Positions 30,501 through 45,500 of a stretch of DNA of 64,000 nt are shown here, piece by piece. The DNA is from Balanoglossus misakiensis (lineage: Eukaryota > Animalia > Hemichordata): contig CM082592.2 in the NCBI GenBank assembly GCA_040954595.2, positions 4,852,735 to 4,916,734 on the forward strand, in the 5' to 3' direction. Within the stretch, counting starts at the first letter, position 1, and the number at the start of each line of letters is the position of its first letter. The notes under the pieces are model-generated. The model ran no database searches, was not told the DNA's origin, and worked only from the letters and a program-made list of their open reading frames with translations. The position numbers and the translations under genes were made by a program.

Positions 30501-33500
30501 AGGCCCTCGGGTGTCAACAAATATGAATGCCATATTAGTAACCGCCAAGGGCATGACGCCCGTGCCCTGTTACTAAACATTTACATCACTCAGGCTGATG
30601 ATTGTTGCTGCAGATATATCACATCAGACCATATGCTCGCAAATTAATTTTGAATGTACAAGTGATATCAACTTCCACAGCGCATAATACACCTCAATTT
30701 AGTTCCCATCTCTCTACAGATTTAGCTCACAATTAAAGGAATACGGGCCACCTTTGGAAAATTATCTATAGTTACCATGGCAAATTGAGATCTAGCCAAT
30801 CACAGATTTTCAGTGGGTGGCACACGCGAAAAAAGAGCGCCACCATGTGTTCTTTAGTCTTGAAACACTCAAATACGCCATTTTAGCCATATATGGGCAT
30901 AATGTATAAATTGGAGGTGACCGTATACCTTTAAAATTCTGCTTGATAAAGTTTTTAAATAAACAACAAAGGAAGCAGAAATGAAACCATGGTACACACA
31001 GAATATAGCTGCTATCACAGAACATCCAGTATGCAAATCCGTGTCGTTTCAATCTACTGTATAACATATATAATCGATGCAAATCTTACCTTTGGGGTTA
31101 TTTTCCAGTAGCTCTTTATCGAGAGATACTTTTCCTATGATGTCATCAACGCTGAAATAGACGAGAGAGAGGGAGAAACGGGAAAAGGAAATGTAAGACT
31201 TGTTGAGCAGGAAACTATAATCCAGCCAATCAGATAATTCACATTCAAACTCTGTGAAGAATGGCAATCAGCTTACAGATGAATTATTGCACATACGCCC
31301 GTTACCATGCACCGATCATTTCATCAGAGGTAATTTCAAAGTAGCGCGCCACTGATGCAGTTGCAGTGCACTTTGTGGGTAAATTGAGAATTTATTGAGT
31401 TGATTGCTTTCAAAAAAACTGTTCATGGGTAGCCAGGTAATGTACAGACCACTGTACTCTGCAACAGATTGCGTATCCCCGAATCCTGCGTTACATTCTA
31501 AATACAGGGCAACTTTATGAGGCAGTCGACGCACTGACAGACACATCGACGTTTGGTTAATTCCCGTGAGGGCTGGGTTGAATGTAAACGGACGCATGGT
31601 GGGGAAAACTGTGATTCGTTTGGATAGGAACGAATAATTAACAGTTGTCACGGAGATGAGCTGCATGTAAATTATTAAGATTGGGATTCAAATACTGTAA
31701 AACGGGTTATTTTCGCGACTGGAAATTTTCGCAATATCAAAAGAGGCAACTGGATTAATTTTTGCGTTCTCGTATTTCACTAACTACATCGTTATCTCCG
31801 AAAAACATTTCACGTGACTTTTTATTAGAACGTTTTTTTTTGGCTCTCGCGTATTTTGCGGAAATTTATTGCTCGCGAAAATAACCCGTTTTACAGTACA
31901 TCAACCAGAATGAGACAATCTACAGCTTCATCACAATAGAAGCCTGCACGATACCCAGGGCCTGGGGACGCAGACACGCTGTGTGATGATGCATGTTCAT
32001 ATCTGCCGGAGAAAATGATTTATGTGCGGATGACGCTCGACGTGCAGCTGTCAAGCGCACATTCCCCGAGGCAGACATCCGTTTGCACTTTACGGTTATA
32101 GATTGAGAGTCGGCGAAAAAAGCGAAATGAACAGATAATATGCATGATGCATGCACTTTTGGGTACCGACGACAGTTCTTGTTGTTTACGACAAAATGTC
32201 AGGAAAGTGATGAAAATGGACATCCTGTTTTGCCGCTGGCTGTAAATATATTCATTGTCCTTCCTTTCATCGAAGCTATCTCAAAAACATCATCATCATC
32301 TGCAACACCTGCCATGAACTCAAGCACATACATCAATCTCTGAAAAGAGTAATGTGAATTCAGAATTTGTGAGGATTTCTCCGAGTCAACTTAATTGAGC
32401 TAATCTGCAAGTACGGAATCTAAATTTCTCACCTTAAAAAATTGTCATGACAGTCGGTGATAATTAATATATCGTTGTTGGGGTTGTACTTAAAGGGGTT
32501 ACTACACAGCCCAAGGGCAAACATTACATGTTTCTGTATACCATGACTGTTTTATTAGAAACAAAAGATAAAATATGCTGTGCAACTCTTTAAATCCCAG
32601 AGTATCTTTCACTGTTTAAGGTAGTACGAGCCTCTGGGGCAGATTTTCTGGAAAATGATAGTCTCCAAACCTTTCATTTCTCTGATATATGTATATCAAA
32701 ATGTGTGGGGAGTCTTTTTATTCAAAAATAGGTGTTCACCATGTTGTGTTTATAAAATTCACTAATTTAAATTTTCTTGCTAGAGTTAAAGTAGACATTG
32801 GCAACAATTTTAAAATTCCAAGTTGAGACAATTATTTTCTTTCATTACAAGTTTTGCAAAGTGATCTCGATTGTTATTCTTGATTCTCATGGCCTCAGTG
32901 CAGTTTATTCAGAAATTTATCTTGTAGTACAATTCTATCTTGCTAGTTGCCACGCAAAAAAAAATATCAATAAGCTATTTTTACTCTCAAGAAGATTTAA
33001 TGCTATTACATTCTTTGAATTGCGGTCTGTTTGAATTGATGCAGTTTGTCATTTGCAAAAGAGGCAGACAATTACTCTAAATATTTCCATCAATCTGAAA
33101 ATAATGAAGTTGGAAATATGTTATTGAAGAGTCAACGAAAGGCCAATTGGATTCAATCTCTCAGGGCAGAGCGGAGACTAAGAGACTTCTTCCAAGCACT
33201 CATCGCGGATACAAGGCCTGTACAGTCAATTTCCGTTCTATTTGCATAGCAATTTTCTCGACGTGGAAAGTATGCATTCAGGGTTAATACGGTGGATGGG
33301 TCAGAACTGGATGACGGTCGGCCGAGAGGTGACTGTCTTAGATATGCAACAGACCAACCTGAGAGTGTCTTCATCATAGACATAAAGCGATAAATTGTGA
33401 AATCCACTTGGTAGGTGTAATGTGTACTCCTCTCCCCAAAATGGATCCAACGTCTTCCAAACTGTTGCCGTCCTGTTTGAGAAAAGAAAAATACGGACAA

Positions 33501-36500
33501 GTGAAAATTCCATCATTCAAAAAATATATATTAAAGGGACAAAGTCTCTCTCTTGCTGCCCTTATTTCATTAATTATGTTTGATACAAGACACCGTTTAT
33601 GTCACTATACATGTGGATATATAGTGAATCAACGTTCGACCATACACAACTTCCATCCAGCTTGTAGACACAAGAGTGAAAAACTCGTCAAAATGAATAA
33701 TCGGTGTTTACCATTTATTCATTTTGGCGAGATTTTTACTCTCATATCCTACAAACGAGATGGAAGTTGTGTGTGGTTGAACTTTGATTCACTATATATC
33801 CACATGTAGAATAATATAAACAGTGTCTTGCATCAAACATAATTAATGGGAAAAGGGCAGCAAGAGAGAGACTTTGTCCCTTTAACCAACATGCGGCATT
33901 ACAACCGCCTATGGTCGTAACTCGCAAGACAAACATGAAATTTTTAATAAAAATTTGAGCTACTGCATAACATGGCAACTAACGGAAGGCCTTCAGGATA
34001 ATGATCATTAGTGTTGAAATGGGAAATCATTAAATTCACTCATGGTTGGTAAGGCTACACGTATGCAGTAAACCTGTCAAAAAACGGTACCATGATAATA
34101 TCAGTCGCTATTTGAGAAATGAGATATTTTCAGCTGATGATTCCTTGTTTTGTTATTACGTTAAATTTTGCAATACTGATAAAATTATGAATGAAAAATT
34201 TTGAATTTTACAATTACTTGTACCTGAAGCGATCAAGTTTGAATGAATTGTGATCACATGTTATTATTTGGGGTTGAAGGAAACTTTTAGTACCACCAGT
34301 AACAAGTTTTTTAACAACTGCTTCTTTTTTTAATACTGGATAAAAAGGAACAACAGTATTTTTTTCAGTTGAGAAATTCATGTCCTTTTATGATCTCCAC
34401 TGGTTTTTTTGAGTTGCATGACACTCACTTGTCAAAAGTCTGAGTTTATCATCTATAGTATACCACTAAGATTCCTTACAAGAAGTACAAGATTTTGAAG
34501 TCATTATAAAACTTTTTCTTTGTTACATTCTCAGATCAGGGCTTTTTACAGCAAGATAACGGCTCGTTCAGATTGGCATTATTGCATCACGCATTTTATA
34601 TATTTTTTTTTGCGTATTAAGGCTTATAATCATGTACATATAACAATACCACAGCACTGACTGTCCTGCAGCTTTTACTGATACAGACATACCATACTTG
34701 ATTTCTTTCTTTCACTGGCACTTTTTAAAGTTAGACATGATCAGACAGAAATAAAACTGAGACAGGCTTGGTTTCTCTTGAGGTGCTCGTGATGATGCAA
34801 TGCCTTTTTTTGAATATCACGAGACATGATCAGAGAGAAAGAAATCTGAAACACTAGTCTGGGTTTCTCGAGGGGCATGCACGCGTTCGATGATGCAATG
34901 CCTCGATGCAGAAAGACTCGCTTGAAAAAAAAAAACACTATTTGCGTTTCATGTCTGGAAAAACAACAACGACCGCAAAACTCCATTCGCCACAAATCCT
35001 TTGATCTTCTGCAAGGTTGAAGTTCTTGAATGCATTATTGTAACACAATTTAAGCTCGGAGCAGCGGTGCGTTAACGGCCACCCATAAAAGATGCATTCT
35101 GATGCTGCTTTGTCGCCATGGCGACCATCGCCGTGGCTTACACAATGGCTACCGTGGAACATCCTGTCCACGCATCGGTCATAAATCAAACAGATAACGT
35201 AATGCAGACATGTTTGGTAAATTCTAATTTACCCTTGTAATATACATTAGAGGAATGTTAACACAGTCAACTAGATGTGCCCGCATTATAGTGTGTGAAT
35301 TATATTTTTCAGAAAGATAACACACATGAACTCCTGTCCTATTTTATTATGTCTCCAGTAATAGTAATACGCTATGCAACATCTGCTGGAGAGATTTTTA
35401 TTTCCTGTATAAGAAATAATCGCATCGTTTGATCCACTGTCATATTTCACTGCTGCGTCACTTTTAAATCACTGCTGGCATACGTCACACCCATAACCCA
35501 CAGGTATATGATCATAACTAATTTACATTATGCCTATATATGGGTGTGTCTGAGTCTTCTAATGATCATGTGGTGGCGAACACTGTTTCGCGTGGCCACC
35601 CAAGAGATCTTTGGCCAGATCTCAACTTTCTAGGAACGGACGCTAGGTTTAAATTTAGGGGTTTTGTTGCTACCATTGCACTTGCAGCATAAAGTATACA
35701 CATGTATGTGCAGTATGTTAGTTTTGTATAAATGAATGACCTTCTATACTACAAAATATATTTGTACGATTTAGTGTGAGTGTGTTCTTTGAAAGCATTT
35801 GGGACTATTTTTGGAAGTCAACAAAGCCTTCATTGCTGGTTGCAAAGCAATATTGAAACCAGCAATGCATGGTTCCCCTTTTTTAGTGAAACTAAACTGT
35901 ACAATTAAAAGACAATTACTCAATGCAAATGCTTCACTCGTGACACAATTCCCCACCCTTGCAATGTTGGATTGAAGTACCGTACCTCGGTCGCGATCAT
36001 TTGTAGACCAGTAATTTTGAACTCAAGACCATCTGCTGCTGTAAACAATTAATTGATGTCAGGGTAGGTTCATGTGTGTATAAAATGGCAGCATCTAATG
36101 AATAGACCCAACCCTAGAGGGAATCGCTAATCTGATTGATGTAATCTCAATAAAATAATTTGACAGGGTCTCTGGGGTAAAATACATGCTAAATTTATCA
36201 TCGGGTAACCTGAAAATAGATCAGTACACCATTTATATTAATCATACACTTCACTTTACCTAAAATTACTAAATTTGTAAAAAAACATTATATTGTTTTT
36301 CAATATGGTTGAATGTTTCACCTTTGCAATAGATATGTTTTTGCAATAGAGTTGTGTGAAGCTCCACGTTGCAAATATATAAACGACAATGAAATTTCAC
36401 TATCAGCACAATCGTTTTATGTTCGTGCTTGGGCTGGAAAAATTCTGTGACATCCAATTTAAATTCGAGACATGAGCGCACTCTTCATGCTGATATGGCT

Positions 36501-39500
36501 CAATAAATGACACAAAATAACTGGAACATCTTTGAAAATTCATTCACCGCAGTGGAGCACGGCGTATATATCTATACAACACTACAATGATGACGATATC
36601 ATGTTCATCGTGTAAAATCCCCCGGAAATGCACACGTTTACACTGCAGCAGTCTGCGGTTTATAACGTACATGCAAGCTCACAAAATACATGTAAACCCA
36701 ATGTACCGCAGCGGTGATGCAGTGAATGAGGATATTATTTTTATTGGCCGGAGCACTTAAATGTTCATGGCAGAGCATCCCGCTGTTTTGCTCTTGAAAC
36801 AAGCGTATAAAAATGGACAGGTACACGTTTGCATACACACCCTGCAGTGGTTTCACTGTTCACTGCTGTTATCTAGGGTCTGCATATTTCAACACCAATA
36901 CCGGTTATGATCGACGAATGTACAATACTGTAAAACGGGAAATTTTTGCGACACGAAATTTTCCAATATCAACAGAGGCAACTGTTACATGACGATTAAT
37001 CCTCGCGTTCTCGTATTCCATTGCATTGTTATCTCTGAAAAACATTTTACGTGACTTTTTATTTTTGCGGGTATTTTTTTTTTGGCTCTCACGTAGTTCG
37101 CGATAATTTATTTCCTGTTTTACGGTATATACTGCTACATAAATTGTAATAATTATAATTCAATGTAACTATCAATCATATTAGATAAGTGACCTAGCAA
37201 TTGATAGAGGGCAATGATAATTTGAAGAAACACTAATGCCCCAGACTTCAATCAAATGCTCACTTCCACGGCAGAAAATTGAGAGCGATTATTAAAACGG
37301 GGATTGAGACTCAAATTAATCTGAATACATGTACGTGTAATTTTCTTCCAGGGCTGAATTCCTCGGTGACTATTACATGGTGGTTAAACCCCATCATGCA
37401 AAGCCACACCCGGGAGGAGGAAACACTCATTTGAGCAGAATTGCCAATTTGTCGGCTCACTTTGCCTCCAGGGGGAAACAACGCAAGCAAATGACTCCAC
37501 AGGCTTTAACCGGAGACAATTTGCTTAAATCGAGTTCAGGGTTTCTTGAATGCTATGAAGATCGATCAAAAGCGAATGCGGACGGATGCCAGGAACTTTA
37601 TTTTAATCTCAAAATCTTCAGCACAGCTCCTGGTAATTGTTTTCGGAACTGAAGCAGGTATATCTCTGGATCAGTTCTGATATCCAGGTGCCTGTTAAAA
37701 CAACCTCTTGAAAACGCTGATTCTTACGTAATCATTTCGTGGAAACTGGTTCTTCAAGGTGGAAAAGGTGGCCCAGCCCACACAGTGGACGTATTTTCAA
37801 ACTCTCAAAACACAAGCCCATGCTTTGATGTTAATATTCTTTACTGTAATTGCAACCATTAATCTTAAGTGGCTCAATTTTAAATTACCGTCATCAATCG
37901 CAGTGACCAGCCATAATAAAACCCAGTCTGTCACTTTTATTAATAACATTATTGGATCTGAGTTTCTTTCATGTTAAATTTTAGCTAGTATATCACATTT
38001 TTCTTCGTGAATGTTGTATTCAGTAATAAAACAGTATCTAATAAATATCGCTGTAATGAAGTATAAATTACTGAAATTCTGGAGTGGACACTTTTCTTGT
38101 ATTTCCGAGAATATCCATCCATATTCGTAAATTACCTGTTGTGGTTAATTATGTACTAAGACAATTATATAGTATTTTAGTTGAGTTTTGCATTCTTGCC
38201 TTCTGGATTGAAACTCCAACACTACACGGATGCTCAATCTGTTGATTCGCAGAAACATTTGTTTACAACTGGACTAGAAATCCAGATACATAACATAGTT
38301 ATATTAAAGAGAGTTTGACTGACTTGTACAGTGAAACCTGTCATTACGGACACCTCTCTAATCAGGACACCTCTCTATTAAGGACAGATTTTCTGGTGTC
38401 CTTAATAGACAGGTTTCACTATACAACTTTCGGATGATCACAATTGTGGAAAAAAAAGGGTCCACACAAAAAGATCATTACGCACATTGTCAGTTTGTTG
38501 ATACACATGCACTTGGAAGACAAATCACCTGTAGTCTACGTTTTAATCTACAAGACTAGAGGCATGCTTTGGCAATTACATTTCAGAGTCAGAAGCTATC
38601 CCTCTAATACTATAAATCTTCCAGAAGCATATAACGGGGATAGTAAATCCTGATTTCTGACCGTCGCTTGCAACATACACTGCATTTAATCCTACTTTTG
38701 CAAGATGGCTACAGCAGATTAGTTTAATCATCCCTTTATGAGATCAGTAAGGATTTACAGAAAATATATAAAAAGTTTAATGAATACTGTGGCACGTAAG
38801 CTTTATGCTCTCACCGTACAAATACACAGTAGTAAAGGTTTTACCAATCTTCGGATAACTATCGCCCAAGGAAAATTAGCAACCCAAATCTTCACTTTCT
38901 AAGATTGCTTCTTGCACGAACAGCGTAGAGTGTCAAAGAGTGCATTTAATCACATCTCAATGACTCTACTTCAGTCTTCAGGTCCACACAAGGCAGTCCC
39001 ATTAAACGCAGGGTTGGCAATTTTCTGCATTCGTCTTCCCAATCCCACTCGCGCGTTTAATATGACTTCCAGTGTCTGAGCTGAACAAATGAGCAGGAGG
39101 TATCAGGGTGCTGCTAATTTTGCTGAGGAGTAATTGTTTCAGGCGGCCCTGATGTGTGTGTTTGCCCCGAGGGCTCGCTGCGGGCATTGTATTATATTTG
39201 TAATGCAGTTTTTATTTTCCCAACTGGGCATTTCCACTTATAAAATGGCATTACACCCATCCTAGGTGGCAGAAGGGATTTCTACTGTCTAATGTGTGTA
39301 TAATAATGTATGAGCTGGTCGGTTAAGATACTGGTACGTGTATGTACCGGTATAGCCTGGCCCCAGACCAGTGTGTTTTAGATATATAGAAATTTTACAC
39401 AGTGTAGAATATCTATATATCTAAAACACACTGGTCTGGGGCCAGGCTAGTACTGGTATTGAATGTACGAGCAATCATTAATTCTTGCAAATTAATTAAG

Positions 39501-42500
39501 AAGGTGTGATTCAGAAGTGATCTCTCGGGCCTAAAAATTAATGCTTAGTTATTGGTAGTATGACTTGGCTGGCAGCGTACCTGAAGGCTTACAAATTGTA
39601 TCCAAATCACATACATGTATCTACCATATTGTTCCCAAACCTCAAGCAAACCGAAACTAGTTCCCAGTAATCCTCGCACATCTCGTAGCGTCTTAAAACT
39701 AAAATGTTGAATAATTGATACTTGTGAGACCAATCTGCGACTGTCACTCTCATCCGCAGTTTCCAGCCTCGGGGCGAACTTTCCTCTTGATTAAAAACCA
39801 TCACAGCTCGGCCGCTGATCCATTGCCTGTTCTTCTGTGTCTTTGATTGAAACTTCTCCAACAGATAGATTGCTGCGGGGCTGTGTAAGTGATTCCACCC
39901 AGCAAGGCAGAGCGCATCAATAGAACAGCTCTGCGCGACAGAAGATTGATTTTCACAGACTTCCTCGGTTTCGAAGATTATGAACAGCTTGGCCTTAAAA
40001 AGTCTTTGAGCACCGCAGCGTGCATGTATACCACAGTAAAACCTGTTTAAACCGGACAACAAAGGGACCGAAGATATTGTTCGGTTTACAGAGGTGTCTG
40101 GCTTATAGAGGTTCATTTAACATGTGATTCTGTGTGAAAGGGACTCGAAAATGTCTTGAGCGGTGGGGTGGGAAACCTTGGCAACAATTTTATTTGAAGA
40201 TCTCCAAAACTGTCAACTTTCACAACAGGCACAAACGCACAGTTTCTGTTATACTTGTTATTTGTTTGTATATATGTGTTGCTGTTGTTTGTTTGTTGTT
40301 GTCTGGAAACATACTGAGAATCTTGCTGTCATGTGAGAAAGCAACTGACCAACAGCTTGGAGAATATTTGTCCCTGTAAAATGCATGCAAAATCCATAAA
40401 GTGTAATGTTTATGGCTACGACTTGGTTCAAAAACAGTCTGACAAATAATTACTGCATCATCTATGTAGTTGAAGAAAAAATATAAGACAGCTTAGGTTT
40501 AATCCAATGAAACAGTAAAGAGAATCCAATCGCTGCAATTAGTATTGTCACAATAGTTCAAAGTCTTATAAGCTTATATAGCTACGTAGGAGTTTACCTT
40601 TCATTGTTTGCGTCATCTTTCTGAAGATGGCTTCATGCCGAGAAGATTCTTTTCAATAAAACACACAATGATCCAATGGATCTGGGATTGCGTTTCAAAG
40701 GGTATCTATGACGCATACGTAATGTATTATGACGGCATCGATAATTCTTTCTGTTCGGAGCACTTCCGACAAATTATGGATTACGTCTGTATTGCGATAC
40801 GTGTGATCGCGATGACGGTTTCTTCTGAGCGCGTCTGTCAGTGACGTCAAGATCGAGTTTCGCCGCTTTCGTAGAAAGTGTGGTTGCCGGACTGTGGATA
40901 ATTCTTCGCCAGTGAATGATATTTCAGAAAAAATTGGAGTACCCTTTGGGGAGCCACTAATTCTGGGCCAAATAGAGGGATTATAGTTAGTTGATCTCTC
41001 CTGAAGAGAACTCCCAATGAAAAAAAAGCCAGGTAATTTTCCTCCTGACATTTAGGGTAAATGATAACTTGAGGCGATATGGTACAGCAGCGGGGAGAGT
41101 TACTTTTTTTCTACAAAAGGAAAAACTACTGGCTTTATTTGTCGTCGATAACTTTAATACCACATGAGTATTTGCCCACCTGCTGATATTTCACCGTGAC
41201 CTCATGCGCTGGTGTTGTTCTGAAACTTTATGTTTCTGGGGTGCAAGGAACTACGTGTATGTACTGTACCCAGCTCTGTTTTTTTCAGGAATGGCTAGGA
41301 TGGTTGTCTGAAGAGTGTGAACAGCCTGTTAAATATTGCATAATGGTGGCACATACACTCACACACCAGTTTGCATGACGAGAACAAGTTCAGCAATGGC
41401 ATGCAATTTAAAAATTAATGGTACAGGTATACGATCATACATGTATTTATGTTTAAAATGTGTTTCTGAGTCTAGAGTGTATAGTGGTTCTCTTTTTTCA
41501 CATAAAGCCACCCAGTGAAAACCTATCATTGCCGTGATCTAATGTTGCCATGGTAACTGTGGCTAAATTTGCATTAAGTGATGTTTTACCTACAATTATC
41601 TCCCACCATCTGTCACCTAAAAACAGAACTTTTCCGAGAAGCAATTTGTATACAAAATGACACCATAATCAGTCAAGTTTCAGCAGGAAAGGGCAATACG
41701 ACGCGGTCTAATCGACATTTTTTAAAATACTCAACTATGATCATCAACTCCATATTTCACTCACCACCATTGTGCACTGATGATTGATAGTCAGCAAATT
41801 ATCTGATCCCAAATCATTTGCCACATTTAAGAGGGCACTTTCCGGCAGAAATACCGTCTGTTCAGTCATTTGAATTCAGCACTGCCATTAAACCATCAAC
41901 CGTGTACGTGTAGACTTTAACTTTAATATCTCGGTGACAATGAAAAGGCACTGTACAAAAACACAGAGATTGATGACTATATGAAACAACTCTTTGAAAG
42001 ATTCTCAGAAGGGCCTTTGATGTACAATGATGGAATGCTATGGGCATCATATTAACTTGAATGCCATATGCAGGTGCTATATTGTTTATGTTGCCAAAGC
42101 AACGAATTGAAAACATCAATTTTATGTCATGTCTTGAGGATGTTCACTTCCAACCTAAAACATTAAAATGCTATAAACACTGATATCGACACTCAAGAAG
42201 TTTCACTGAACATAGCATGTATTTTGTTTGGAATAGATACTTTATATTTGCTTATACGGTAAAATCTGTCTAAACCAAATCCTGTCTAGTCTGGAAACCT
42301 GCCTATACCGAACACCTTTTCCTGTCTCTTTGACAAAGAACCACATGTTGAAAGAACCTCTATAAACCGGACACCTCTACAAACCGAACAACTTCTTCAG
42401 TCCCTTTGGTGTTTGGGTCAGACAATCTTTTTACTGTACCTAAAGTTTACAAACAGGATCTCCAATGCAGAATTCTACAGAAGATTATGCATACAACTCA

Positions 42501-45500
42501 TAAACAACAGCTGATACTGCTACACAACCAAGTCAACAAATGCAATCTCAGAACTTAGCGCAGATTTAACACACATAACCTATTCAGCTGAGTCAGGCCT
42601 TTTGAACAGGTCTTGCTTTACCACAGAAAAGAATGGATTTGGACCAAAAGCCATCATGGTGGTGAAAGCTTAGGGGTTCAATGGTCGACTGAGAAAAATA
42701 TACACAGCTGCGTCAGAATTACCTTATGGATAAACAGAGGACATGGCGCTATGCAATAATCCCTTTTCTTCAAAATATGCCGTTTGTCAATCACCACGAA
42801 GCTGCTTAACAAGTGAATATTTCACCAGCTTGACACTTTCCATATAGATGGCCTGGATGTAGTTGCACAATCAGAATGTTTCTGATTTTCAACTGAGGAT
42901 GCTTTCATACGCCTTCTTTAACCCTTTCACCACCATGGTTCAGTCCAAATCCCTTGTTTTCTGTGGTAAGGTTGGACTTCTCAAGAGGGAACTGGGGGTG
43001 AAAGGGTTAAGATGGAACTAGGTAAATTCTGCTGGGGTTTCTCCCTGCAGTCACGACTCTGTGTTAAACACAATTAAATTGGGGAGATATCTTGGGCCAA
43101 TATCTGTTTCAGACCGATGCCATCGTGAGATTGGTATAGAGTATTGCTCCTATTTCCCATAGACAAATAAATGGCTGCCCACACAGGGCATATCATATAC
43201 CGGTACATGTTATTGTACACTGAGATATACGATGGGCACGATTGTAATCTTTTTGAAACACCTGACATCATTGATGTGACTGTTAAATATGACTGTTGCC
43301 AGGTCATGTGAGTTTGCATGCTGGTTGCTTAGCTGGTTGGCTGGTTGGTTGGTTGGTGTGTGGTGCGACTAAGGGAAAAACTAATAACGCTATATCTGGT
43401 TATAGACACAGTAATGGCTGATACATCATCAGTTCAGATTACGCAGTGATCATTGCGCTACAACAACAGTTTGGTACCGAGTTACCCAAATCTCTTTGTA
43501 GCACACACACACAGACAGGCATCATGTCTGCATCGAGCAAATCAAAGATAAACCAAGGATCGGGAAAGATCTCTGAAAAGACTTCCAGTTCCCCTCGGAG
43601 TAGCCGTAATAAGATTGAGCCGTAATCTGGCGTCCGAGGCAAGAAGATAGCAAAAGTCGCCCCAAGGTGACAAACGTTGTCTTGCCTGAAAGTGAAAAAA
43701 ACGGATCACGGAGGATCGGAGAGGTTTTACAGACAGTCTCAATACAGAATGGCAAAAGTAATATCTCTGTTCAGAGTCTGAGATATTGTGAGCTGTGCAA
43801 AATGTCAAAGCATGGTTACTTGGCTCAACCATCATAGTACGCGCATGTCCCGTTCAGCAGGTAATACATAGCACTGCCTTGTAGTTGTACAGCGAAGCCC
43901 TACGGCTGCATATGGTACATACAGAAGATCTACCAGGTATTTTCATATGCAATTTCTCTGTTCGACCGACTCAAAACAAGTTATTTATCTCTGATCTGAA
44001 TTGCACACCCGTCAGAGATTTCAGCTCTTTACATTTTGCGAGAAATATTGTTGGCTGTGAAATTACTGCTGGATGAAGCGAGTGCATGGTTTTTTTTTAC
44101 TGTTTGGTACATTATGTATCTATTGAATTATAAAGTGGTACTACTACTGCAGTTATACATTACAGTTTTGGCTAAACATAAAACAAGTTGGTTAGCCTCA
44201 TGCTGAAAAATTTGATCATCAATTCTTTTCAACTGATGTTGATATGGCCAAGTCTATTTCCTGCAACCTCCGGGTGTGTCCATGGTTACATACGATAATA
44301 CTACAAAGGGGTTTTGTCAAAATTAATTTGATTTCAATGCCAGAAACACATTGGTATGTAAATCACAAATACTGATCTGACTGGTCTTTGCATTACTGAC
44401 TTGAATTTCAGTCGTTCCCTATAAATCTACAAATTAGATAATTATTTTTACAGTCAAAAACTTGTTATGACGTATTGGCGCAAATGGGTTTTTTAGTGGT
44501 ACTCTCTCTTACTGGAGAATTTTCATAAATTCAATGTAGTCTGCCTCATTACCTGTACCCTAGATTTCAGCCCGACGTTCACATTTCATATGCTGGTAAT
44601 CACCCAACTCATCAAGTCTGTATAGATTACGTCCTTTGCCGATAAGCACCTTTTTTCTATTTCGTCCAATATTCCTACTAAACCCACGGTAATTACCTGA
44701 GTAAATCCCGAATGATTAAAAGGCATCCATTTTCCTCTCTCTCCGTTGCACTATTCGTCAGTTTCTGTTTAATAACAACAGTTCGACTTGTGTACTCAAC
44801 ACCGATGCATGCAAGGACTTCATAATTTCACATCGATTATTTGTTACAGAGAGATTTGTCCATTGTTGCCACTTCATTCATACATACAATAAAATTGTTG
44901 TACAAAAAAAGAAATCAATTTTAATAACAAAACTGCCATCATTTTTTACAATCACAGCAAGTCTCGTTCATTGTGCCTATTGATCTTTCAACTGAAATAT
45001 ACATCAAGAGTATGTATGCACAAGATTCAAACTTTCCAACTGCCGGGAAAAAAAACATTTTGTGTACATGGCTGTCTGGCAAAAAAGTATCTGGAATATC
45101 ACAAATTTAGGCCACCTGAGTGACCCCAAAACAAAACTGTGCCATATGATTTTGACGAATACATTATAATTGCATGAGTAAACAAGTTTTACAACTGTAC
45201 TCAGGGCTGGGTTGTCGCCATGGAGACAATTTACACACCTCATTGAATGCTTTGTCAATTTATACTGCCATTTTCAAGGTTTTGGCTGTGACAGAATCTA
45301 GAGATAAGAGATTATCATGCCAATTTTGTCGGTCATGGAATTTGCAAAAAAAAAAAAAACACTAGAAATTTGACCTCTGGTGCTACACAGGTAAGGGTGT
45401 ATTCCAGAAAATGCAAAATTATGTACATGTATAAGTATTTTTGGCCATTAAAGTAAATCATTAAAATGCAAATCACTGTTTTTGTCTGAATTTTTTCACA

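Noticed and set aside
40598-41051. 118-aa minus-strand ORF and AAG/GTAAAC donor in RASAL1 intron 2 as an alternative first exon
   Set aside because: The ORF stops before the donor and the frame matching exon 3 has a stop without an ATG. No recognisable domain. A non-coding exon cannot be excluded.
43439-43835. Cluster of short overlapping ORFs in intron 2 (nested gene?)
   Set aside because: No motifs and no coherent splice structure.
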